Positions 37,233-47,715 are shown, numbered from the stretch's first letter. The stretch is DNA of 64,000 nucleotides from Bdellovibrionota bacterium (GCA_963668355.1 OY764265.1:2321742-2385741); one strand, 5' to 3'. Numbers and translations are program-made. Notes: generated from the letters alone by a model not told the origin.

Positions 37233-39119
37233 ATGGAATCGAATGTGTTTTATATGCTCTTATGGCCCTTGTTGGGTTCTGCCTTTCTGGGCTTGAGTCA
37301 TTTAGCTTTTCCAGGCCGATTGAATCGCTGGGCTGGATGGATTGCCTCCGGAGCCATTTTGTTGGCCTTTTTCAATGCCTATGAATTGGCCAAAGCTCAT
37401 TTTTTTGGCTCAGCTGAGCCGCTTCTGACCTCTCTGGGAGATTGGATTGTCATTGGCGATTTTCATTTACGTGCGTCCTTTTATTTGGATGGTCTTTCTT
37501 CCATTCTAGCCATGATGGTCACCGGAGTGAGCTTTCTCATCCATGTCTATTCGATTGGTTATATGTCGCATGACGAAGGTCGATCAAAGTACTTTTCTTA
37601 TCTCAACCTTTTCGTGATGTTCATGCTCATTTTGGTGACGGCTTCTTCTTTGCCGGTTTTGTTTGTGGGTTGGGAAGGCGTAGGTCTTTGCAGTTATTTA
37701 CTCATTGGCTTTTGGTTTACGGATCCAGAAAAAGCCAAGGCTGGAAAAAAAGCTTTTCTTGTGAACCGAGTGGGAGATGCCGGCGTTTTGTTGGCGATGT
37801 TTTTGATTTATACCACCTTTGGAACTCTGGAAATGCAGGAGGTGGTTCGTCTGAGTTCCTCCGTTCCTCTCTATTATAGATGGGTCCTTGAGCTGATCGG
37901 GATTCTTCTGTTTGTGGGGTGTATGGGAAAATCCGCCCAATTCCCCCTGTATGTTTGGCTTCCGGATGCGATGGCGGGTCCTACGCCCGTTTCGGCGTTG
38001 ATTCATGCGGCCACAATGGTGACTGCGGGAGTCTATCTTTTGGGAAGAATGTCAGGGCTGTATGCGTTGGCTCCGATGGCGAGTTCCGTGATTGCTTGGG
38101 TGGGAGCGTTTACGGCCGTTTTTGCAGCCACAATCGCCATTGCGCAACAAGATATTAAAAAGGTGCTAGCGTTCTCAACGGTCAGTCAATTGGGCTTTAT
38201 GGTTTTGGCTATGGGAGTGGGGGCTTATTGGGCTGGGATCTTTCACTTGCTCACCCACGCCTTCTTCAAAGCACTCTTGTTCATGGCAGCTGGATCCGTG
38301 ATTCATGCTCTGGATGGAGAGCAAGACATGAAACATATGGGTGGATTGAGGATCTATCTCATTGGGACCACGGTTCTCTTTGCAGTCGGGGGCTTAGCCT
38401 TGGTGGGGTTCCCCGGTTTCAGTGGATACTTTAGTAAAGACGCCATTCTTTATGGAGCGGTTGAGAACCATCAGATGGGCGTGTTTGTGTTGGGATTCAT
38501 CGCCGCGCTGTTCACGGCAGTCTATACAACGCGCTTGTTTGCTTCCGTGTTTTTTGGCGTTTCGAGAATTCCCAAAGAGTCTTTGCCTCAAATTCATGAG
38601 TCTCCTCCTGTGATGTTGTGGCCCATGGGTTTTTTGGCTGTCCTTTCTGTTTTTGGAGGTCTTCTTCCTTTGGCGGACGGGTTGAAGCGTTTCTTCGGTG
38701 TATCCGAAGTACATGCACATCATGGATTGCCATTCTCAGAGGGGCAATTGGCTTTGGTTGTGTCCGTGGTTGTGTTGTTCTTGATTTGGTTTACCTACAA
38801 ACTCTTCATTGATTGGACGAACACGTTGGATCGTCTGGAAAGGGCGACTCGCGGGCTCAAAGATTTGCTCTCCAAACAATATCATTATGACGATCTGGTG
38901 ATGTTCCTTGGGGGGGCGATGACCGTCTTCCTCGCGTGGCTGGCTCGATTGTTTGATGGGAAAGTCATTGATCGACGACTGGATCAGGTGGCTGGAACCA
39001 TTCGTGGAATGGGACATGTTGTGGCTCGTTGGCAAAACGGTTTGGTTCAGTCCTATGCGTTGATCATGATTTTGGGAATGGTTCTTGTGGCTTTGGCATT
39101 GGTGTGGGGTGTAAAATGA
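37233..39119 (+). CDS. nuoL: NADH-quinone oxidoreductase subunit L
   Basis: 628 aa antiporter-like subunit. WLPDAMAGPTPVSALIHAATMVTAGVYLL. Confidence 0.9.
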   Translation: MESNVFYMLLWPLLGSAFLGLSHLAFPGRLNRWAGWIASGAILLAFFNAYELAKAHFFGSAEPLLTSLGDWIVIGDFHLRASFYLDGLSSILAMMVTGVSFLIHVYSIGYMSHDEGRSKYFSYLNLFVMFMLILVTASSLPVLFVGWEGVGLCSYLLIGFWFTDPEKAKAGKKAFLVNRVGDAGVLLAMFLIYTTFGTLEMQEVVRLSSSVPLYYRWVLELIGILLFVGCMGKSAQFPLYVWLPDAMAGPTPVSALIHAATMVTAGVYLLGRMSGLYALAPMASSVIAWVGAFTAVFAATIAIAQQDIKKVLAFSTVSQLGFMVLAMGVGAYWAGIFHLLTHAFFKALLFMAAGSVIHALDGEQDMKHMGGLRIYLIGTTVLFAVGGLALVGFPGFSGYFSKDAILYGAVENHQMGVFVLGFIAALFTAVYTTRLFASVFFGVSRIPKESLPQIHESPPVMLWPMGFLAVLSVFGGLLPLADGLKRFFGVSEVHAHHGLPFSEGQLALVVSVVVLFLIWFTYKLFIDWTNTLDRLERATRGLKDLLSKQYHYDDLVMFLGGAMTVFLAWLARLFDGKVIDRRLDQVAGTIRGMGHVVARWQNGLVQSYALIMILGMVLVALALVWGVK

Positions 39120-40648
39120 GCGGTCACTTGTTGAGTTGGGTCATTTTTCTTCCCCTTCTTTTCGCCACGGTTCTTCTTTGGATTCCGCGCCGCTTTGATC
39201 GAGCATTTTATTTTTTAGGCGTTGGAGCTTCGGCCCTTACGTTTGCTCTTTCTCTTCACCTCTTTGGAGAGTTTATTCCGGGCGAATTCGGCTTTCAATT
39301 CCAAGAGCGGGTGGATTGGATTTCTTCCTTTGGCATTTCTTATTTTGTTGGCATCGATGGGGTTGGACTCGTTTTGGTGGTGTTGAGTGCACTCCTGACC
39401 TTGGTGGCCTTGCTTTCCACATGGACGGCGGTGAAGGCCAGAAGAAAAGAATTCGTCATTGCATGTTTGGTCTTGGAAACGGCGATGATTGGAACGTTTG
39501 CAGCCATGGACGTTTTCCTCTTTTATGTATTTTGGGAAGCCGTTTTGGTTCCCATGTACATGCTGATTGGCGTGTTTGGCGGAAAACGGCGCATTTATGC
39601 CACGCTCAAGTTCTTTCTCTACACAATGGCGGGCTCTGTTTTGATGTTGGTTGGTTTGTTGACCGTTTATTCCATGCACATTACGCAGTTTGGGTTTGCC
39701 TCGACATCCATTCCTGATTTGCTTCAGGTCGGAATCACTCTTTCGGATCAGATGTGGTTGTTCATTCTCTTCTTCATTGCTTTTGCCATCAAAATTCCCA
39801 TTTTCCCCTTTCATACTTGGCTGCCCGATGCCCATGTGGAAGCGCCGACCGCGGGAAGTATTATTTTGGCCGGAGTTTTGTTGAAAATGGGTGGATATGG
39901 ATTGATTCGATTGGCCATTCCTCTTTTTCCTTTGGCCGCGCATTTTCTTGCTCCTTGGATTGCTCTTCTCGCCGTCGTTGGGATCATCTACGGAGGTTTA
40001 GTGGCACTGGCTCAGGAGGATGTGAAAAAACTCATTGCTTATTCCAGTGTGAGTCATATGGGATTCGTCGTGCTGGGTTTGGCCTCTTTGAATGCGGTGA
40101 GCATGGGGGGGGCGGTCTTTGTCATGATCGCTCATGGAATAACGACGGGCGCGCTCTTTCTGCTCGTGGGAATGGTTTATGAACGTCGCCATACTCGATT
40201 GATGGCCGACTTTGGAGGCTTGGCGAAATCGATGCCTTGGTATGCCGCGGGCTTTTTATTCATCACATTGGGTTCCATCGGTCTTCCCGGACTCTGTGGC
40301 TTTGTCGGGGAGTTTTTGGTTCTCAATGGTTCCTTCCATGCGTTGGTTCTAAAACATCCAGCATGGCTTGTCGGGTTTTCGGTATTGGGCATTGTCATTG
40401 GTGCGGGCTATATGCTCTGGATGTTCGAGCGGGTTTTTTATGGGCCTTTGAAATTTGAAGAAAACAAGAAACTACAGGATCTGAAGATTGTAGAAGTGGT
40501 TTCTTTGGTTGTTCCCATTGCACTAACCCTATGGCTGGGTGTGAGACCGGGTGTGGTTTTGTCTAGAATATCTCCGGCCATGGAAGAACTTTCGAATCAT
40601 GTTCAGTCCCATGTCACGCGTTATGAAACCGGAAAGGAAGTGGAGTGA
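39116..40648 (+). CDS. nuoM: NADH-quinone oxidoreductase subunit M
   Basis: Antiporter-like subunit. WLPDAHVEAPTAGSIILAGVLLKMGGYG. ATG at 39116 overlaps the nuoL stop; the track start at 39029 is an extension. Confidence 0.9.
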   Translation: MSGHLLSWVIFLPLLFATVLLWIPRRFDRAFYFLGVGASALTFALSLHLFGEFIPGEFGFQFQERVDWISSFGISYFVGIDGVGLVLVVLSALLTLVALLSTWTAVKARRKEFVIACLVLETAMIGTFAAMDVFLFYVFWEAVLVPMYMLIGVFGGKRRIYATLKFFLYTMAGSVLMLVGLLTVYSMHITQFGFASTSIPDLLQVGITLSDQMWLFILFFIAFAIKIPIFPFHTWLPDAHVEAPTAGSIILAGVLLKMGGYGLIRLAIPLFPLAAHFLAPWIALLAVVGIIYGGLVALAQEDVKKLIAYSSVSHMGFVVLGLASLNAVSMGGAVFVMIAHGITTGALFLLVGMVYERRHTRLMADFGGLAKSMPWYAAGFLFITLGSIGLPGLCGFVGEFLVLNGSFHALVLKHPAWLVGFSVLGIVIGAGYMLWMFERVFYGPLKFEENKKLQDLKIVEVVSLVVPIALTLWLGVRPGVVLSRISPAMEELSNHVQSHVTRYETGKEVE

Positions 40649-42096
40649 TGTTCAACTTCTTTTCTCCTCAAGATTTCGTGGCACTCAAACCATTTTTTGC
40701 TCTGTGCATTGGCGCCATGTTTACGCTATTGGTTTCGTTGACGTTAAAAGGAGAGCGAGGCCAAAAGTTGATGTTACTGGTTGGCTTGGTTTCTACGCTC
40801 ACCTCTTTGTACTTTTTTTCTGAACTGGAACTTCCGAGTTTGTTCTTTGGCCTTCAAATGGTCGGAGATAAATTCAGTTTGGGTTTTGGCGTTGCCTTGC
40901 TGATTCTTCTTTTCTTATCCTTGCCCATCGTTTCTTTGGCCAAGGGGATGGATTCAACGCATTTGGGCGGCGTATATGGACTTCTGATCTTTAGTGGCGT
41001 GGGTGGTTTGCTCATGATCATGTCCAACCAGCTCATTCTGTTCTTTGTGGGCTTGGAGATCCTATCCCTTCCCCTGTATGTGTTGACGGCCTTTGGGCGC
41101 AAAGAGGACCATCGGAGCGAAGCGGCCTTCAAGTATTTCATTTTGGGAGCTTTGGCTTCCGCACTATTTGTCTATGGGGCTGCATTGCTTTGGGGAGGCT
41201 TAGGAACCCTATTGATCACAGAGATGCCCTTGGCCATACGGGCGTTGGAGGGGGATGGTCAAGGAATGGTTCTCATGGGAGGCCTTCTCGTTTTTGTCGC
41301 GATCGGATTTAAATTGGGATTGGTTCCCTTTCACATGTGGTTGCCGGATGTTTACCAAGGTGCTCCAGCTTCCGTTGTGGCCTGGATGTCCGGAGCTGTA
41401 AAGATTGCAGCCTTTCCGGTGCTTTTAAGACTCTTTGGGCAAGGCCTCTTGGAGACCTCCTCTAATTGGCTATTGGTTTTTTCTTGGGTTGCTTGTCTGT
41501 CCATGCTGGTCGGGAGTTTGGCCGCCCTCAAACAAGTCGAGCTCAAGCGAATGTTGGCCTATTCCTCCATTGCTCATGCCGGATATGCTTTGATTGCAGT
41601 GATGTGCGCGTCCACAGGTGATTTGCAAATGTCCGGGGGAGCGCTGGTTTTCTATTTGGTTGTCTACGCTTTGGCCAGCTTAGCGTCTTTCGTTGTGGTC
41701 GCTCTGGAAGAACAAGAGGGTCGAAGCCGGGTGAAGGATTTGGCGGGTTTGGCGAAACGAAGACCTGCTCTTGCTTTTATTTTGGCCATTGCCTTGTTAT
41801 CCCTCGCGGGGATTCCACCCTTGGGAGGATTCATCGGGAAATTCAATCTTTTCGCTTTGGCGGTGGTTCAACAATTCTATGCGGTGGTTTTCATTGCTGT
41901 GGCCACGTCGGTCATTTCCTTGGCCTACTATCTTGGAATCCTGGTTTCAGCCTATATGCAGGAGTCTGAAGCGTTCAAGTGTACGAGAATGAAATTCAGT
42001 GTTCGTTTGACCTTGGGGATTGCGGCGTTAGCGATTGTCTTTTTAGGGGTTTTGCCGGGCGATATCCTTTCCTTCCTCATGAATGTCATTCCCTAG
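40648..42096 (+). CDS. nuoN: NADH-quinone oxidoreductase subunit N
   Basis: Antiporter-like subunit. FHMWLPDVYQGAPASVVAWMSG. ATG overlaps the nuoM stop. Confidence 0.9.
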   Translation: MFNFFSPQDFVALKPFFALCIGAMFTLLVSLTLKGERGQKLMLLVGLVSTLTSLYFFSELELPSLFFGLQMVGDKFSLGFGVALLILLFLSLPIVSLAKGMDSTHLGGVYGLLIFSGVGGLLMIMSNQLILFFVGLEILSLPLYVLTAFGRKEDHRSEAAFKYFILGALASALFVYGAALLWGGLGTLLITEMPLAIRALEGDGQGMVLMGGLLVFVAIGFKLGLVPFHMWLPDVYQGAPASVVAWMSGAVKIAAFPVLLRLFGQGLLETSSNWLLVFSWVACLSMLVGSLAALKQVELKRMLAYSSIAHAGYALIAVMCASTGDLQMSGGALVFYLVVYALASLASFVVVALEEQEGRSRVKDLAGLAKRRPALAFILAIALLSLAGIPPLGGFIGKFNLFALAVVQQFYAVVFIAVATSVISLAYYLGILVSAYMQESEAFKCTRMKFSVRLTLGIAALAIVFLGVLPGDILSFLMNVIP

Positions 42097-42100
42097 GAAC

Positions 42101-42685
42101 ATGCCTGCCAATCTCCCAAAACTTGCGGTCTTGGCCTCGGGAGAGGGGAGTAATCTTCAAGCCATTCTGGATGAAATTGCGTGTGGAAAAATCCTGGCTC
42201 AAATTGTTTTAGTGATTTCGGATAAGAGAAAGTCTCGAGCTCTGGAAAGGGCTCGGAGGTCGGGGATTCGAGATCTCCACATTTCCAAAAGAGATTTTCC
42301 AGACCGCGAGCAATTTGATGCAAAAATCGTAAGTCATCTAAAGGCTGCCGAGGTGGATTGGGTGGTGCTGGCCGGTTTCATGCGGATCTTAAGTCCCGTG
42401 TTTGTCCAAGCCTATCCGGGAAGGATTTTGAACATCCATCCCGCCTTGCTGCCCAAATACCCAGGGATTCATTCCATTGAGAGGGCGTATCAAAATCGGG
42501 ACCCGGAAACAGGGGTTACAGTCCACTTTGTGGACGAAGGGGTGGATACGGGCCCCATCATCTTACAGGAGGCCCTTCCGATTCATCCGGGAGAATCTCT
42601 TGAAGAGTTGACGGAACGAGTTCATGCGATAGAACATCGATTATATCCAGAAGCCATTCGAAACGTGTTGGCGGGTGAAAAATAG
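42101..42685 (+). CDS. purN: Phosphoribosylglycinamide formyltransferase
   Basis: LAVLASGEGSNLQAIL...VVLAGFMRIL...NIHPALLPKYPG. Confidence 0.85.
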   Translation: MPANLPKLAVLASGEGSNLQAILDEIACGKILAQIVLVISDKRKSRALERARRSGIRDLHISKRDFPDREQFDAKIVSHLKAAEVDWVVLAGFMRILSPVFVQAYPGRILNIHPALLPKYPGIHSIERAYQNRDPETGVTVHFVDEGVDTGPIILQEALPIHPGESLEELTERVHAIEHRLYPEAIRNVLAGEK

Positions 42686-42687
42686 AC

Positions 42688-44166
42688 ATGAAGATTCGAA
42701 ACTATGACGTGTGTGTGTTGGGAGACGGTTTAGGAGGTCTCATTTCTGCACTCATGTTGCAAAAACAGAGGGCCAAAGTCGCCGTCTTGGTCAGTCGAAA
42801 CATGGGCTTTGATCCAACATCTTGTGAGTTTCTAAATGGTTTTACACTTAAACCAGTCTTGAAGCGCGTTGGATTTCATCCCACAGAAGTCAATGCCATT
42901 CCTCCATTGAATGCTCCCCTCCAAATCGTGTTTGCCGATCACCGTGTGGATTGTTACGGGAAGGAAGATCGTTTCGAGAGAGAACTGAATCGAGAATTTC
43001 CTCAGCGGGCGCCACAAATCTCTCAACTCTTTCGGGAAAGCTATGGGAGATTGGGTGTCTTCCAACATCTTTTTAATAGTCGGGTTCCTTTGCCTCCCAA
43101 AGGGATCATGGCGAAGCGCCAATTCAATAAACTTTTGGACCAATTGGTGGATGGTCAGCTTTTGGCAGATCGCCCTTTGAGCCAGGAGTTGAAAAGTTTT
43201 GATGTTGGGGATGATTTTTCAAGAGCCGTTAATGCCATGGAACTCGCCATGAGTCGTATGATTACGCCTTGGACCAGCGGGGCTCGGTTGGCCCACTTGC
43301 TGACATTGGTGAGGTGGGAAGGTTACTCGGCTCCGGAGGGTGTTCGTTCCATTCGGGACATGTTGCTTCGTCGATTAAAAGAGCGTGGCGGGGTGGTTTT
43401 GGAGTACGACGAAATAAAAGAAATTGAACTGGAAAGAAACACGTTGGGAACCTTCCTGTTGAGTGGCGCTGAATGGGACGGCGTAGTTGCGGACACGGTA
43501 CTTGTGGCGGGAGATCCAAGAGGGTTGATTGCTTATGCAAAAGAACGACGCCCTTTTCGAAAATGGATGAATGAGATCAATAAGCTTCCGATATACGCAC
43601 GAAAAGTGTTTCAACGTTATCGAATCAGTGCGAAGGGCATCCCCATGGGGATGCAACAACAAGGGTTGATTCTTCCAGATGCTCCCCCTTCAGAGATGGT
43701 AGACCGAAGAAGATGGGTGAGGGCGGTTCGTTATGTGGTTCAGCATTCCAGAGGAAATGGATCCGGACCGGAAGTTCATTTGGGTCTTACGGCCTATTTG
43801 CCTCCAGAGGGAGAGGGGCCAGGGAAAGGCCAAATTTCGGAAGAAATTCGGCGGAATGTTCAACGACTCATTCCGTTTTTGGAAGAACATCTTGTGGAAG
43901 AGCCTGAAGACCCGTTCATTCCGGACCCCGAAGGAAAGCCAGGGGATTTTAGACAGGGGCTGATTTATACGTCGAAAACACCCAGAACGTTAGGTGTGAT
44001 GGGAGTGGAGATTGAGACCCCTTTGAAGAATACGTTTTTGGCAGGGGATATGATTTTTCCTGGATTGGGACTGGATGGAGAAATCATTGCAGGTCTGCAA
44101 GCTACCCACTACGTCGACGCCTATCTCAAAAAACATGGCCGCAAAGGCCCCAAACTCGCCCGCTGA
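42688..44166 (+). CDS. NAD(P)/FAD-dependent oxidoreductase (phytoene-desaturase/CrtI-like family)
   Basis: N-terminal GxGxxG (YDVCVLGDGLGGLISA). C-terminal FLAGDMIFPGLGLDGEIIAGLQA. Confidence 0.6.
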   Translation: MKIRNYDVCVLGDGLGGLISALMLQKQRAKVAVLVSRNMGFDPTSCEFLNGFTLKPVLKRVGFHPTEVNAIPPLNAPLQIVFADHRVDCYGKEDRFERELNREFPQRAPQISQLFRESYGRLGVFQHLFNSRVPLPPKGIMAKRQFNKLLDQLVDGQLLADRPLSQELKSFDVGDDFSRAVNAMELAMSRMITPWTSGARLAHLLTLVRWEGYSAPEGVRSIRDMLLRRLKERGGVVLEYDEIKEIELERNTLGTFLLSGAEWDGVVADTVLVAGDPRGLIAYAKERRPFRKWMNEINKLPIYARKVFQRYRISAKGIPMGMQQQGLILPDAPPSEMVDRRRWVRAVRYVVQHSRGNGSGPEVHLGLTAYLPPEGEGPGKGQISEEIRRNVQRLIPFLEEHLVEEPEDPFIPDPEGKPGDFRQGLIYTSKTPRTLGVMGVEIETPLKNTFLAGDMIFPGLGLDGEIIAGLQATHYVDAYLKKHGRKGPKLAR

Positions 44167-44222
44167 TCCCTATCAAAAGTGAATCCCACTTTTGTGGCAC
44201 AGTTTGTGATTTAGGGTTCGGT

Positions 44223-44930
44223 ATGTCCAGAGAAGATACCGAAAAACAAGGGGTTAAGAAGAGGTCGAGTCCGAAATCCATACGGCAATGGCCGGAATCC
44301 GAACGTCCAAGGGAGCGCTTACTGAAATGGGGTGCCGACCGCCTTTCCTCCGCGGAACTCATCGCTATTCTCCTGGGTTCGGGGGTGAAGGGAAGGTCTG
44401 CCGTAGAAGTCGCGCGGGATTGCCTCGATATTCCACTCCGGGAGATGTCGGCCGATCGGCTTTCGAGGATTTCGGGATTAGGGCCGGGAAAAATTGCCCG
44501 AATTATGGCCGGGCTGGAAATGGGCAGACGTCTTTTGGCCGAAGGCTCCGAAGAAGATCTTCGCCTCAGGTCGAGTGCTGAAGTGTACACATATGTTCGT
44601 CCTCAGTTCTTGGGAAGAAAGGAAGAGGTGTTTTCTGTTCTGTTGTTGGATACAAAGAACCGGCCTCAAAGGATGATCGAAATTGCGCGAGGAAATGGAG
44701 AGTCAGTTCATTTTTTACTCGTCGATTTATTTCAAAAGGTGGTTCAAGAAAAGGCGTCCGCCCTCATCTGCGTTCACAATCACCCCAGTGGTGACCCCAA
44801 ACCCAGTCCGGAAGATGAACATTTGACTCAAAAATTGAGAGAAGGGGCTCATATTCTTGGCCTTCGTTTTCTGGATCACATCATATTGGGACATTCATCA
44901 TACTATTCCTTTGCAGATCATGGGGCCTAG
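44223..44930 (+). CDS. radC: RadC-family JAB/MPN domain protein
   Basis: ERPRERLLKWGADRLSSAELIAILLGSG (HhH region). JAMM motif HNHPSGDPKPSPED. Confidence 0.85.
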   Translation: MSREDTEKQGVKKRSSPKSIRQWPESERPRERLLKWGADRLSSAELIAILLGSGVKGRSAVEVARDCLDIPLREMSADRLSRISGLGPGKIARIMAGLEMGRRLLAEGSEEDLRLRSSAEVYTYVRPQFLGRKEEVFSVLLLDTKNRPQRMIEIARGNGESVHFLLVDLFQKVVQEKASALICVHNHPSGDPKPSPEDEHLTQKLREGAHILGLRFLDHIILGHSSYYSFADHGA

Positions 44931-44963
44931 TCCTTGCGGTTTAGAGGATCCCAGGGTAAATAA

Positions 44964-45551
44964 ATGAAAATGACGCGATGGGTTGTTTTAGGTCTCTGTC
45001 TTTGTCTTATTGGAGGCCCCATTTCAGGGATGGAAGAAGGGGAGTCGCTGGATCTCGCTCTTTCGGAATTGATTGAGAATGAATGGGAACGAAATGACGG
45101 AGACCTCTGGAAAGCCGAAAAGTGGTGGGCGCCATCCAAAATTCCATTGGACACGCTTACCCGAGTTAAAATTGCGGCACCAAAGTCCATAGAATTTTCC
45201 GAAGTGAGTTTGGTGACGACCCCAGAAGGAGAGAATGAAATTTCTTTGCTGGAATCCACCTGGGGGGAGACCTTTCATTTCGAAAGGATTCAATACTCAA
45301 AAGGCCAGAAACGTTGTGAAAATGGGACTCCCTATATTCGAGTTCCTTGGAATTGTGGCATCGCAGAAATGGACCAATACACGTGTTTTTTATGGGTCTT
45401 TTTTGTCGATCGAGACGAAGTAGAAATGGAACTTTGTTTTAAGCCTGACCTCGAACCGGAGACTCAAGATCGACTCGAACGAGCCCAATGCTTGGAGTAT
45501 GTTCCCATCCCCAAACGTCAAAGAGGTACGCGTCTCCTTCCATTTCGATAA
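44964..45551 (+). CDS. Secreted hypothetical protein (signal peptide, 6 Cys)
   Basis: MKMTRWVVLGLCLCLIGGPISG signal peptide. No recognisable domain. Confidence 0.5.
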   Translation: MKMTRWVVLGLCLCLIGGPISGMEEGESLDLALSELIENEWERNDGDLWKAEKWWAPSKIPLDTLTRVKIAAPKSIEFSEVSLVTTPEGENEISLLESTWGETFHFERIQYSKGQKRCENGTPYIRVPWNCGIAEMDQYTCFLWVFFVDRDEVEMELCFKPDLEPETQDRLERAQCLEYVPIPKRQRGTRLLPFR

Positions 45552-45573
45552 AAATTTCCTCGGACGAAGGGGA

Positions 45574-47715
45574 CTAAGATTTAACGCGTTCGACGGAGAG
45601 AATTCCTTTCATTTTCTCAATCGTTCTCATCAGAGTGTGTAATTGTTCAGAATCTGTAATGAGAATGCTAAACATGTTGACGGCTTTTCGATCTTGCGTA
45701 GTCGTGATGGAAGCATGTGTGATATTTCCACCTTTTTGGGAAATGATTTTTGAGATTCCTGCCAGAATTCCGGGCGTGTCTACAGAAACGACTTTGATAT
45801 TGATACTCCGAGTGGCTCTTCCGTCTTTGGCCCATTCAACATCGATCTTTCGTTCATTATCGGTTTCGAGGATTTTATAACAGTCCGTTCGGTGGATGGT
45901 GATTCCTCGACCACGCGTAATGAATCCGAGAATTTTGTCTCCAGGGAGAGGATCACAACATTTTCCATAACGAACCATCACATCATCCATTCCACTCACA
46001 CGAATGGGGGACTTTTTGGTGGGGATTACGCGATTGACGATGGTTTGGAGGACCCCAGGAGCTACTTTCCCTTTTCGTTCTTTTTCCGGAACCAAACGAT
46101 CCACCAGATCATGTGGGCTGGCTTTGCCATAACCCAATGCCAAGAGGTAGTCCTCCGGTTCGCCGTATCCCAATTCGCTGACGGCCAGCTTGATTTTTCC
46201 CTCTTTCAACAGTTTGTCATACTTTAAGGAATGCTTTCGAAGTTCTTTTTCCAGAATTTCTAAGCCAATGGTGCGTCCGGTTTGTCGTTGTTCATTTTTG
46301 ATGACGCTTCGGATTTTTGATTTGGCTTTTGATGTCACGACGATCTTCAGCCAATCCTTGGAAGGTCGTGCTTGGTCAGAGGTGACGACCTCCACCGTAT
46401 CCCCATTTTTCATTTTGTATTTTAAGGGGACAATTTTTCCGTTCACGCGAGCGCCTTGACAGTGATGCCCAACGTCTGAGTGAATGCGATAGGCAAAATC
46501 AATGGGCGTAGAACCTCGAGGAAAATCCAACACTTCACCGTTGGGTGTAAACACGTACACTTCATTGGCAAACAGATCCATTTTGACGGTCTCGATGAAT
46601 TCGTGACTGTCTTTTAAATCCTGTTGCCAGTCGAGCATGGATCGAAGCCAACTGAAGCTTTCGACATCTGCTTTGCTTCCTTTTTCCTCTTTGTATAACC
46701 AATGAGCTGCAAAACCTTCTTCAGCGGTTTGGTGCATCTGTTTGGTTCGTATTTGAATTTCGATTCGGCGACCTTCCGGTCCAATCACAGTGGTGTGTAG
46801 GCTTTGGTACATGTTCGCTTTTGGCAACGCGACATAGTCTTTAAATCTTCCAGGAACGGGCTTCCATTGCGTGTGAATATGTCCGAGAGCCTCATAACAT
46901 TCGGGAAGGGAGTCGACGATGATTCGAAAGGCCAAAATGTCTGCCACTTCATCAAAATCCAAATTTTGGGCATTCATTTTTCGATAAATGGAATAAGGAC
47001 TTTTGGGACGACCAGTAACTTCCCCTTTGATGTTTTCTTCCTTCATTTTGTTTCCAATGTCAGAAATGACTTTGGAAATGTAGTTGTCCCGTTCCGGTGC
47101 GGTGTCTCGAAGGTTCTGAACGATTTTGACATAAGGATCTGGTTTTAAGTAACGGAAGGCGAGGTCTTCCAGTTCGGTTCTCATCCAAGCGATTCCTAAA
47201 CGATTGGCTAACGGAGCATAGATATCGAGTGTTTCTTGAGCAATGGCGATTTGTCTGGGCTCGGTCATATAGTCCAGCGTGCGCATATTGTGAAGTCGAT
47301 CAGCCAGTTTGATGATGATCACCCGAATGTCCGTAGACATTGCGAGAAGCATTTTTCGAAAACTTTCAGCTTGTCTTACATCTTTAGATTTGAATGAAAC
47401 TTTTGATAGTTTTGTGACGGCATCCACCAGGTGTGCAACATTGGGTCCGAATTTGGTTTCGACATCTTCAACCGAAACCAATGTGTCTTCGACCACGTCA
47501 TGCAAAAGTCCTGTGGCAATGGTTTCTGAATCCCATTTGTGAGCGGCTAAAATATAAGCCACCTCTACGGGATGGTAAAAATAAGGTTCCCCAGATTTTC
47601 TTTTCTGGCCAGCATGAGCTTTCTCAGAATATTCGTAGGCCTTTCGAATTAACTGTAACTCCTCTTTGGAGTTTTGTTTTGAGGCAGCCTCTAAAATGGA
47701 ATCCAGGTTAATCAT
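45574..47715 (-). CDS. rel: Bifunctional (p)ppGpp synthetase/hydrolase (RelA/SpoT family)
   Basis: HD hydrolase motif (HPVEVAYILA...LLHDVVEDT). Synthetase domain (RPKSPYSIYRKM...DILAFRIIV). TGS and ACT C-terminal domains. Start at 47715 (MINLDS) is preferred because 47859 would overlap the divergent gene. Confidence 0.9.
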   Translation of the reverse strand: MINLDSILEAASKQNSKEELQLIRKAYEYSEKAHAGQKRKSGEPYFYHPVEVAYILAAHKWDSETIATGLLHDVVEDTLVSVEDVETKFGPNVAHLVDAVTKLSKVSFKSKDVRQAESFRKMLLAMSTDIRVIIIKLADRLHNMRTLDYMTEPRQIAIAQETLDIYAPLANRLGIAWMRTELEDLAFRYLKPDPYVKIVQNLRDTAPERDNYISKVISDIGNKMKEENIKGEVTGRPKSPYSIYRKMNAQNLDFDEVADILAFRIIVDSLPECYEALGHIHTQWKPVPGRFKDYVALPKANMYQSLHTTVIGPEGRRIEIQIRTKQMHQTAEEGFAAHWLYKEEKGSKADVESFSWLRSMLDWQQDLKDSHEFIETVKMDLFANEVYVFTPNGEVLDFPRGSTPIDFAYRIHSDVGHHCQGARVNGKIVPLKYKMKNGDTVEVVTSDQARPSKDWLKIVVTSKAKSKIRSVIKNEQRQTGRTIGLEILEKELRKHSLKYDKLLKEGKIKLAVSELGYGEPEDYLLALGYGKASPHDLVDRLVPEKERKGKVAPGVLQTIVNRVIPTKKSPIRVSGMDDVMVRYGKCCDPLPGDKILGFITRGRGITIHRTDCYKILETDNERKIDVEWAKDGRATRSINIKVVSVDTPGILAGISKIISQKGGNITHASITTTQDRKAVNMFSILITDSEQLHTLMRTIEKMKGILSVERVKS

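Noticed and set aside
39215-39943. 242-aa minus-strand ORF antisense to nuoM, and many 60-140-aa antisense ORFs throughout (for example 984-1205, 2497-3081, 24618-25031, 26020-26652)
   Set aside because: They lie entirely inside strongly supported genes on the other strand, have low-complexity or Arg-rich composition, and lack RBS or start context. They are shadow ORFs.
44174-44199. Hairpin CAAAAGTG-aatcc-CACTTTTG followed by TGGCAC after the oxidoreductase gene
   Set aside because: It has no T-run, so it is not a convincing intrinsic terminator. The TGGCAC is followed by GTGA rather than TTGC at the -12 position, so it is not called as a sigma-54 promoter.
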